Assembly (NCBI GenBank): GCA_040954595.2
Contig: CM082583.2
Span: 2,283,209-2,347,208 of the forward strand
Direction of reading: 5' to 3'
Source: Balanoglossus misakiensis
Lineage: Eukaryota; Animalia; Hemichordata
Length of the DNA stretch: 64,000 nucleotides
Part shown: one piece after another, positions 29,886-40,800 of the stretch
How positions within the stretch are numbered: the first letter of the stretch is position 1
How the letters are laid out: each line of letters starts with the position of its first letter
Notes under the pieces: model-generated
Told to the model about the DNA's origin: nothing
Seen by the model: the letters and a program-made list of their open reading frames with translations, nothing else
Databases searched by the model: none
Program-made: the position numbers and the translations under genes

Positions 29886-30126
29886 ACGATCATGTGTGAT
29901 CACGTTTACTGTACTTTTGGTGTACAGACCGAACCCATGTTTGCACATTTGCATGCTTGTTTGAATTTTGCCTCGTTTGTTTGTTGAATTTCGAAAACGT
30001 TAGAAAACCGGCCACGAGATGAACACTGCATCTTAAAATTTGCATATTGTTGACTGTTAGTCTGTTAAAACGGAAAGTTTTGGAAAACTTGTTATATGAG
30101 ACTCAACATTTGGAGAAAAGGAGGGA

Positions 30127-30284
30127 TGTAGTGTATCGACCTGAGGTCACATCAGGTCACCTCATTATATATGCAGAACACAATAAAGTTCTTGGGCCAT
30201 GATGGCGGCTGTGTATAGATGTTAAATCATGTGTCTGTGTTTAATCCGATTCATCTAGACTAAATATCTAGTTGGAACAGTTCA
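30127..30284 (+). repeat. 3' LTR of Mag-like Gypsy
   Basis: Follows PPT ggagaaaaggaggga; followed by TSD GGTGG. Confidence 0.95.
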
Positions 30285-31553
30285 GGTGGTCGCCTGTCGA
30301 AATACGGTGTTTCGTGATGGTTGTTCGGCCAACGTCGTCCTTCGTTTTAGAGAATATATCTCCCCACTCACAAAGAAAACTGGCGACTTTGTCCGCGTTT
30401 TCTGGTCCAACTACTTTTATGCTATCTTCATATATAGTCGTCAGGTACGTGTGTTGGCACAGGAGAAGTTGGGTTGTCGCCCTCACCGTCGGTGTGGCTG
30501 ACTGCTGAAATCAAGGGCCGTTGAATGTCAGCTATGTCGGTGATGGTGGCTTTGGCATGTCGGATGACATGGTCTCTTTCACTTACGTTCAGCAATCGTA
30601 CTGGTACTCTTCGATTAACAGAATTTACTAAAATCTGGCCAACAATCACGCCATGTTCTGTTATCAAATCATTCTTTGTTGCCTCTATAACTCCCCATTT
30701 GATGGGTCGGGACAAAAGGGCAGTCGTCACTACTTCGTGACCAGCGGGTATTAACGGTGTCACTAATTATACACACCCGGGCGCTTAAGTGTCCTCCCCA
30801 TCTATCTAACAAGGGGACGTTTTCGCTGATGTCGGCAACGAAGACATGCATTTCTGTTGAATTATTTCCGACGGAGATAAGAAAATCCGTCTCTCCGTAC
30901 AGTGGAAGGTTGGTCGTTCCGTCTGCCATAGATGGTCGAACGGTGGATGGGATGAGTGGAGGGCGTCGAGGGTCGGGAATCATGTCGTAGGCTTGTTTCG
31001 AAATTATCGTAATTTCCGACCCACTTAAAAAGAGTGCGGTAACCATACAGTTTTATTTGACTTACAAATTCATTTTTATTTGACTGAGCTTGAAAATGAC
31101 AATATTAAAAGTGAGTTTTCTAGCAATTATCAATGTAATCCTATTGAAGGAGACATATGTGCATTAATTTGCACAGTTTATAGGTTTATGTTCTGACTGT
31201 ACATGATAGAGGTCATGCTGGAAAGAAATCAGTTCAGACTCTGGGCATGTAAAAGATCACCAGGCAGCCACAGTTATTTGTCCTATGATAAACAACTGAT
31301 CATTGAGCACATTTCTTGAATAAGTCTGATTTCTTGAAACATACCCTATGAATACATGGTGATAGTCTAGGCATGAAAGGAATACAAGCAGATCAGGTGG
31401 TGGCCATATTGCATCTTGAAACATATCAACAAGCACATGAACCATTGAAAACAAAATGGCTGCTTGCCACTCACATTGGTTTGTGATGCAATGAAAACTG
31501 ATGCATCTCATTTCATGGTAAAATTGTCAAGTTGGACTGAGACCCCTTCTTAA

Positions 31554-32332
31554 GATGGGGCACCCGTATCTTTTTGCCCGTTGCTATGGGCCTTTATAGG
31601 ACAGTACACTCAATTTTGATCGAAACCGCTATGAACGTCCAACGAGGGGCTAGTAATTACTTGATACCCACGATTGTGTGCACACCGCTTATCCAAGTAT
31701 GGTTACGGCAGCTACTGCCCGGCCATAGGCGGCCATGCTGGTACGGCAAAGCAGCGGTCAGTGATAGCGTGTGCGTCCTTTAACCACAGTAACTGGATCG
31801 AATGTTACAAATCCAATGATTTTGTACACTGGATTTTGCATCATAAACTAAAAAGTCTTTTTTTACAGGCCACGTACGCCAGTCAAATTTGACCTGTTGA
31901 CAGGGAACACACTTACACATAGCATGACGGATCGTTTCAACGGTTATCGTCGTGCTAAAGAAACGATTATGGAAGTGTATGTCCAAAAACACCCGAAATC
32001 AATGATTTTTTCAGGGGTGGAACAGGTATGATGAATTCCACAGATACAACGACCATATTGGAAAACAAAATCCTTCACAATATTCTCTGGTTCGTGCAAC
32101 TAACAAATATGTATCAAAGTCGTTTTTGAGGTTATCCAGCCTGAAAAGCCTTAGACTTTTGAAATTTAACCTATCTAATTTGCATATCAATGGCATCAGG
32201 GGGCGTGCGCTCACGAATTTTGTGCAGATTTTCAACTTGTCACAAGTCCTTTGTTAGACTCTTAGTCCAAAGCAGGGTTTAGTGTCCTAAAACAGCCCAT
32301 AGCAATGGGTTAAAACATACAGGTGCCCCATC
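31554..32332. mobile_element. Non-autonomous TIR transposon with TTAA TSD (Kolobok-like MITE)
   Basis: TIR GATGGGGCACCCGTAT / ATACAGGTGCCCCATC, TTAA on both sides, subterminal inverted ttgctatgggc/gcccatagcaa. Superfamily assignment is inferred from TTAA plus purine-purine termini. Confidence 0.75.
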
Positions 32333-32780
32333 TTAAAAAAGCTGACTGTGATACTGGCTAGTATTATTTAAGAAACAAATTAACATATATACAATAAGTA
32401 CACTGATCATCTCCAAACTATCAATGAAAATTCAAAACAATGTAAGGTATGCCCTGAAAGTGAAAAAATGGGTCTCCTCCAAAGATAACCTATGACTGTA
32501 AACAAAGGTTGGATTTTACTTACAAACCAATTTGACAATGCATCTTTAAACCTAAATTAAAACAACTAAGTTAACTCTTGCACTAACCAATAATCACATC
32601 TCGAGGAATAATTTAACAAAACAATTAAATAAAAGGACCTGAGGCACTGAATAGAATACTACTAAATCAAAAGTTAATGGCTGTTTGCAATAATTGCATT
32701 AAAAAAATAATGAGTTGATTTGGAGCAGAATGTTACAAGAATCTTTTCAAATTTGTTGTGCATTGTATTTACAGATAAAG

Positions 32781-34810
32781 AATTAAAGCTGCAAGCAGCA
32801 TTGAAGGGGCCCAAGCATAGAGTTAATAACCATTAGACTCCATTCAGGGTTGTACCATTCAAATGCGTAGGCTGTATTTGATCTGGATATAGAGATATGG
32901 GGAAGTAGGCAACCACCCGAAATGGATGTCTTACAAGTACAAACACAACAACCAAGGTGAACTTCTACGTTGTAAGTACTTCAGTAAGTATACTTCAAAG
33001 GTCAGCTGAGGGTACCCAAAAATTGGGCCAAAAATTAGGATTCTTATTTGGTTCATATTCAAGACAACGGAAAATCCTCGCTGTTTGGGTTTGTCAAATT
33101 AGATATGGCCATAATAATGAGTTACGCGAGTAACCCCAGGAATTTAGCATTTCATGACGCAGAGGGTCCTACCCTACCCCTCCAAACACCTGGCTATATA
33201 TGATGTGCGTGCTAACATATGGAAAGCAGGTCAATGGACACCTGAGGTCACCCAAAAATTTGACAAAAAATTTTCATTCCTGTTTATGTCATGTGGAACA
33301 AATCCTACATTTGCAGCCCTTTCACTTTGCCTACCATTAGGTATGCACGTAATACATGAATCAAGCAGGTGTCGCAGGTATCCCCCTGTATTTGACATTT
33401 CATGATAGTTTCATCCCTCCAAATACCAAAGCTGCACCTGTACAACGGGCTGAGATATGGCACTGTACGACAGAGGTCATCCAAATCAACTTATACATTT
33501 GGGCAAAAACAAACTGACACTTACATTCGTCCCTGTGGAACAAAAACCACACATATTGCCCTGTTGGTTAGTGTCCAATTAAATGTACAAAATCAATGAC
33601 TTAGGCAGGTGCAACAGGGGACCCCGCCTTTGGTATATCATTATGGTCTCATCCGTATATGCCCCCCCCCCCACCCCCAAACGCCAAAGCTGCATGCATC
33701 TGCTGTGGATGCTCACTAAGCAAAAGTAGGTGAAATGACACATAAGGTCGCCCATAACTTGACAGGAAAATCGGACTTCAAATTGATCCATGTGCAACAA
33801 ATACCACGCTAGCATCCCTTTCATTGACTCCACAATTACGCATGCACATAATTGAGTTACACAGGTGTCACAGGTGACCCCCGAATCGGGTTTATTACTA
33901 GTATTTTGGTCCCATACAGCTGCAAGAAGCTGCGTGCCATTACGAGCGCCCTGATAACCCCCAAGGCCACCTGTGGGCCGACCCCCATACTGATCGTCCA
34001 GTTGCAACGTCACGACTGAAGTAGGAACTTTTGAACGGCAACGAAGCCTGATCTCTGATTATTGCTGGTACCATACTCCCTACGTGCAAGAAAATCACTG
34101 GTCTGCTGACGTATTTCGGCCACATTAGCGACTGAGGGTCAAAGTCCGCCGCCGCATTACATTGAATGTTAACCAGGGTAGCCGGGTCTGGATAGAAACA
34201 TTTGAACGGCATTAGCTAACAAACTCAGCGTAATTCAATAAAACGCCCTAACACATCCTAAACTCCGATAATGTGTTGTCCCAAAATTCATTCCGTGGAA
34301 AATAATCACTGGTCAGTTTACGTATTTCAGCCGATTTTCCAAGGACTACTTCAACCCGCCAGAAGTGAGTAGCCTGCTAATGAGATCTCCACAACATTAC
34401 GTAATGACGGTCAAAGTCCGATGCCCCAGTGTCCGTCCTCAGCCCACCAAAAAAATGCGAAAAATATTACAAATATCTTCTTCTCAAAATCGACGTGGCC
34501 TAGGACCTTGAAATTTGGCACAGGGGATTTTGGCCACATGGTCTACAAAAATCGCGAAAAGAATGTACATGCCCCCATTAACGTGCAAATTAGGTCAATT
34601 TGAAAATTTCGCTCGATTATAGCCACCAAGTCACGTGACTAATTACAAATTCAAAGGGCAGGTGCACCAGTACTCATGGGCCCCAACCATCGTGCCAAAT
34701 TTCAAGGTCCTAGGACACGTCGATTTTGAGAAAAACGGGAGCAAAAAAACGACTCAAGAAGAAAGAAGAAAAACTCCAGCAATAACAGAAGGGCGCTTGG
34801 TCCCCTAATA
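32781..34810 (-). mobile_element. Non-autonomous Helentron-type (HINE-like) element
   Basis: Subterminal inverted repeats GGGGCCCAAGC (32806) / GCTTGGTCCCC (34795), terminal hairpin GCTGC-AA-GCAGC (32788), short (GAA)-rich tract near the other end, internal inverted repeat ~34482-34521 / ~34692-34731. Confidence 0.6.
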
Positions 34811-34899
34811 AGTTTTTATAGTACTGTTCATGTATGGTTTCATGCCAATTTTAATTTGATATTTAAGTGGCACTCCCACAATATGAGTACATGTACATG

Positions 34900-37800
34900 C
34901 TAAAAATCCAGTGGTTCACTTGAGAGAGATTCTTCATCTTCCAATTTAACAGGTCTGTAGGGAGGCTGCCGACTGGACTCTAATGTGACTCTCTCATACA
35001 CCTCTCCTTGTATTTCTTTGATGAGGGCTTGTATATTGGGACATGCCAGATAGAGATCATAGGCTGTTCCTTGCAGCAAAGGTTCCAGAAGTTTGTTGAT
35101 TTCATCCAACACGGGTATGGTCTGCATGAATAATAAATCATAAATGTTGGTTACTTGATTACTGTAAAACATTTTATTCTCGCGAGCAATAAATTTTCGC
35201 GAAATACGCGAGAGCCAAAGTAACGTGAAAATAAAAAGTCGCGTAATTGTTTTTTGAAGATAACGATGCAGTGAATGAAATAAGAGAACGCGAAAATTAA
35301 TACTCGCGAAACAGTGGCCTCTCTCGATATCGCGAAAATTTCAACTCACAAAAATAAAGTGTTTTACAGTATCGTTAAGTTCACCAAAACATTCCCTAAG
35401 GTAGAGTTTTTCCTGTGTACTTTCTGGGATAACAGAAACTGTTTTTTTTAGCTTTGGAGTGGAAAGAAATTTTTCATTTGTGATTGATGCAAAATAACAT
35501 GCTTGGAAGAATGGTTGGACATTCTAATACCACAGTGATGCTGTAGTTGTGTAGAGAGTTCAGTGAAACATGCCAATAATTCTTGCCCACAACATCAGTG
35601 TAATTTGTAGTACCGTAGTTGCCCGGGTAAGAACCCCTGCTCGGACAAACGCCCCCCCCCCCCTGGTTTTAGGGCCCATTTGTAGATCGAGGCCATATCC
35701 GGTCTAAAGCAACCCCCCCCCCCCCCCCCCCCGGCCGAATATCCATTAAATTCTTGGAAATTTAATAAAGTGCAATGCAAAAAAGGCGGATTTTCATCCC
35801 CCAAGTCACTAAAAGTGAAAAAAAAAATGTATGATGATTTACTTTCGCGCTGATTATCGTACCCACCGCGGCCGACTGGCCACGCTGAGTTATATATACA
35901 CGCTCTACTTGTTCTGGACCCGGACCGCCTGCACGCACTCAACTAGGTGAGTATGCGTTATGGGCATTGACTAGGGAAACCTTTCCGTGGCGTTGAAGTT
36001 GGGGAAAACGCTACATTGGCGCTGCGAGCAGGTGACCGGGCATATGGGTTGACACCAGGCATGCTTACTGGAACATCTTCAAGACAGAATGTTCATTCCG
36101 AAAATACCCTTCCAAGAGTCCATGCACCAAGACATCAGGGGGCAGACGCTATCCAACCCCGGCATTTCCCCAAAAATCTGTATTTTAATGGGGAGGGAAG
36201 TTGGAAATCCTTTGTCATGAGATTTTCCAAATATGCAACTTCCCAGGGTTGGTCAGCCGATGTACGACGTGAACAACTGTGCTGGTGTCTGGATGGAGAA
36301 GCTGGGGACTGTTACACCATCATTCTGGAGAACGAACCGAATATTCGTTACATGGATCTGTTGCTCAAACTGGAGCAACGCTTTGGTTATAAAGAACTGC
36401 CAGAGACAGCCCATTTGGATTTCCTGCAACAGAAACAGGAACCCAACGAGCCTCTGAACAAATGGGCTGATAGGATCCTAACTGTAGCTACCAACGCATA
36501 CAGCAGAGTATCCGATTCGTTTATGATGGAACAGGCTGTTTTACGTTTTTGTCAGGGGTGTATTGACAAGCACGCTGGGCAGTATGCCGCCAATAACTAC
36601 CCTCGGTCGATGGAACAGGCTATCAACCTAATAAAATGGCATCAATTCAATCGCCGAGCCATTTTTGACCGACCACCACCACCTCGGGTTCGGTATGTAA
36701 GCCAGGATTCTCCTCAGACCGGGGAGGAAGCTATTGAGGTAAAAGCCGTGTCTACCACCCCTCCAGGGACGTCAAAGCAGGCCTCCCCCATTGGTGAACT
36801 GGAGCGACGGATGTCACGAATGGAGCGCCACCTAGCGGACCTTACATCTACCTTAAATAAGATGGCTCTTCAACTTGAGGGTTTGGTTAGTGCACGATCA
36901 AGATCTCCTTCTCCCAGTAGGTCCAACTGCTACCGCTGCGGAAAACCTGGACATTTTCAACGGGACTGCACTGCCTCACCTTCACGTCGCTTCACCTCCC
37001 CAGAGCGTAGGGTATCCTTTTCGGAACCCCCAAACGGGAAGGGGTCCACCGATTAGGCCTGGAGGTGACCCCTAGATCGACAGGCCATCACCATCATAGT
37101 GATGTTATCCCTTCATCCATCCAAAAGAGCGGGGTGTTTCCTCCAGAGGTAACTCGGAAGGAGCGCCACGTTTTGAGGGTGGTAGGAGACGGTAACATTG
37201 CGTTGTCTTCCGTAGATGGGGTTAACGATTCACATGAATTGTTAACTATTTGTCAATTGCGTTCCGGTAAAATGTACCGCGTTCCACTTCGGATACAAGG
37301 ACATGATACCCAAGCGATAATTGATACCGCTTCGGAAGTAACTATCATTTCTGATAAGTTCTTTGACCAGTTAGATGTTAAACCGCCCATTATTAACCAA
37401 GTGACCTTCCAAACTGCCGGAAGGGAGCTGAAGATGAAGGGGTTTTTGGTGGGTCCGGTTGACATCCGATTGGGAAAAGGTCTATACTCGGAGCGAGTCT
37501 ATGTGGCTCCCATTGAGGACGAAATGCTCCTAGGCATCGACTTTGTTAGGTCTCATGGGATCCATCTAGATTTACTCAACAACATTCTTCGGATTGAGGA
37601 TGAAATAATACCCTTGCAGTTTGGTACAGTAATAGGGGAACCCAAGATCGCAAAAGTCGCTCTCTTGCATAGGGTAAGGATCCCACCAAATACTGTAATT
37701 AGACTGCCATGTGCTATGCGTGACTCCATGTCTGAGTATGTGGTTGAATCAACAGAAGATCTACTGGTAATGATACCACGTACACTCCATTCAGGAGGAC

Positions 37801-40800
37801 AGACACCTAAAGTTTGCATAGTCAACCCTACTGATGAGTTTGTGACCCTTCGAAGAGGCAAGGTCATCGCTCATGCGGTAGAGGTAGGGGCTGTTTCACT
37901 TCAACCTGTCGAATCCAAGGAAAGGAACGGAGAAACAGAGAAGGACGAAATCCCTGTACATCTTTATGATCTCTTGGAGAGGTCTGGCATCCATCTACAA
38001 GATGAAGAAAAAGCTCGAGTGCAAGATCTACTTATCGAGTATGAAGATGTGTTTGCCAAAACCGAATTTGATCTGGGGAACTTCACCACCATTCAACATC
38101 ATATCGACACCGGTGATTCCAAGCCAGTCAAACAGCGGATGCGCCGGACACCCATGTGTTTTGCGCAGGAAGAAGAGGCACATCTTCAAAAGATGCTAGA
38201 TGCAGGGGTTATCCAACCTTCTATTTCCGAGTGGGCTTCTGCTCCAGCACTAGTGAGAAAACGTGATGGGGGAGTTCGTTGGTGTGTCGATTATCGTGCA
38301 TTAAATGATCACACGACCAAAGATGTCTACCCTCTACCTCTGATTGAAGAATGTCTGGATACATTGGCAGGACAAACGTGGTTTTCAAAATTGGACGCAA
38401 ACTCAGCATATTGGCAGATTAGAATCAAGGAAGAAGACCAGAAGGAAACTGCCTTCACCACCAAATATGGTTTGTTTGAATTCAATAGAATGCCCTTTGG
38501 TCTCTGCAATGCTCCAGCCACATTCTCCAGAGTCATCAATCTAGTACTCAGAGGTCTTACTTGGGATATCGTGTTAGCCTTCATTGATGACATTCTCGTG
38601 CTTGGGACTTCATTCGACAACCATCTGACCTACTTGCGGAAAGTTTTTGGTCGACTGCGTCACTTCCAACTAAAACTGAAACCCAAGAAGTGCGATCTCT
38701 TTCAAAGAGAAGTCGTCTTCTTGGGGCGCATCATCAGGAACGGCAATGTGGAGTTGGATAAAAGTTCCATTCGAGCAGTCAAGGATTGGCCCGTACCTAA
38801 GAACACCAAAGATGTTGAGAAGTTTTTGGGATTGGCCAATTACCATCGAGCATTCATCAAAGATTTCGCTAATACGGCTGTTCCTCTCTATGGTGTTACC
38901 GGGAAAAAAGCTTTCATTTGGGGTCAGGAACAACAGCAGGCTTTTGACACATTGAAAGAGGCTTTGTTGTCTGCCCCTGTGCTCGCTTTGCCCAGCAACA
39001 CCGATCCTTTCATTTTAGATACAGATGCATCGGACTTCACCATTGGAGCTGAATTATTGCAATTGCAGAATGGGGAGGAGAAAGTAATTTCTTATGGAAG
39101 TTATGCCCTTACCCCTGAGCAACGACGCTATTGTACTACCAGGAAGGAGCTGCTAGCAGTGGTACGGTTTACTCGCCAGTACCGTCATTTTCTGTTGGGG
39201 AACCAATTTACTATCAGAACCGACCATAGCAGTCTTGTCTGGCTCCTACGGTTCAAGGACCCCCAAGGACAACTGGCAAGGTGGCTGGAAGAACTTAGCC
39301 AATACAACATGACCGTACAACACCGACCTGGGAAGAAGCACAGTAACGCCGATGCTTTATCACGCCAGCCCAATGGTGAAGTTTGCGGCGATTTTTCCAT
39401 CGAAGTTAGACCAGGAAATCTACCCTGTGGGGGATGTTACTACTGTACTCGTGCACATGACAATTGGGCTCGTTTTACCAGTGATGTGGATGATGTAGTA
39501 CCACTAGTCTCATTTCCTTATCAGGGCAAGGACACCGAATCGACCCTCAAGGTTGCTCAACTGCAAGTCACCAACCAGTTTTCAAAATGGCCATGGGAAT
39601 CGGATTTCATCTGCTGGGATCCTTTATCTCCTGAGGATGGTACTATTAGTGACCTGGATACTATGTACCCCTCAGTTGAGATAATTAAAACCGTATCCTC
39701 CCCAAAATGTTGGGTTGTTACACGGTTTCACCAAGACACCCAAGGCAGCACCTTTTTGGGGTATACGACCAAAGAAATCGGTCAGGCCCAGCAACAGGAT
39801 GCAGATCTGATTTTTCTGTGGTCATGGCTTACATCGAAAGTGGAACCAAGCAGTAATGAGATATTCTTGTCTTCTCCGGCAGCCAAGTATTATTGGATTA
39901 ACAGGGATATCTTCTTTATTGAAAAGGGGACCATATGGAGGGAACTGGATGACAGTGTGACCCTGGTTGTGCCCAGATCGCTGCAGTTGGAGGTCATGGA
40001 GTTAAATCACAACATTCCTGCTGCAGGACATCAGGGGATTACCAGGACTCAAGCCAAACTCAGGGAGAAATATTTCTGGTATGGTATGTCTCGAGATATC
40101 AACCGGTTTATTACTTCTTGTAGTGTCTGTGCAACTAGCAAGAAACCTGTGCGTCGATCCCGATTCCAGTTAACCAAGTTCCATGCTGGCGCCCCTATGG
40201 AGCGTGTCCATCTGGATTTCCTGGGCCCACTACCTCAAACAGCACGAGGGAATGAGTGTGTTCTTGTAATGGTTGACCAGTTCACGAAATGGGTGGAGTG
40301 CATACCACTTCCATCCCAAACCGCGGAAATAACAGCACATGCAGCCGTGGAAAACTTCTTTTCGCGATTTGGTTATCCATTTGAGATCTGCACTGACCAG
40401 GGAGCTAACTTCGAGAGTAAACTGTTCTCCGCAATTTGTGACGTGCTACACATTCACAAGACCCGGACTACACCCTACCGGCCCTCCGCAAATGGACAAG
40501 TGGAGCGGGCCAACAGAAGTATAATGGATGCAGTTCGATGTTTTGTGGACAAAACTCAGCGAAACTGGGATGTGTATCTATCACAAATTGCTGGAGCTCT
40601 CCGGTCCTGTATTAATAGACATACAGGATTCACCCCCAATAAGCTAATGCTTGGTCGTGAAGTCAATCAACCTTCCGACCTCGTATTTGGCTTATCATCA
40701 GTCAAAGGTAAGGATCCGCAGGACCATGTCTGTGAGCTTGAGTCCGCTATCAAGCTTGCGCATGAGATAGCAAGGACCAAACTTCAATCTACCCAAGAAG

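Larger units (their letters stand above)
25711..30284 (+). mobile_element. Full-length Ty3/Gypsy LTR retrotransposon (Mag-like)
   Basis: LTRs 25711-25868 and 30127-30284 (TG...CA, 158 bp, one mismatch seen); 5-bp TSD GGTGG; PBS TGGCGACGAGGAT at 25871 (complement of the tRNA-Ser(GCU) 3' end); PPT 30112-30126. Confidence 0.97.
25503..31046 (-). pseudogene. Degenerate Ty3/Gypsy pol relic (protease to start of RT), split by the younger Gypsy insertion
   Basis: Minus strand 31046-30290 gives a protease-like region and FSKTKDDVGRTTITKHRISTGDH. The frame resumes left of 25710 with PPLRQQPRR...[26 protein letters not shown] (RT N-terminus); several frameshifts and stops. Confidence 0.85.

Noticed and set aside
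36017-36032. Assigning a specific primer tRNA to the PBS
   Set aside because: TGGCGCTGCGAGCAGG is PBS-like by position, but I cannot match it confidently to a tRNA.
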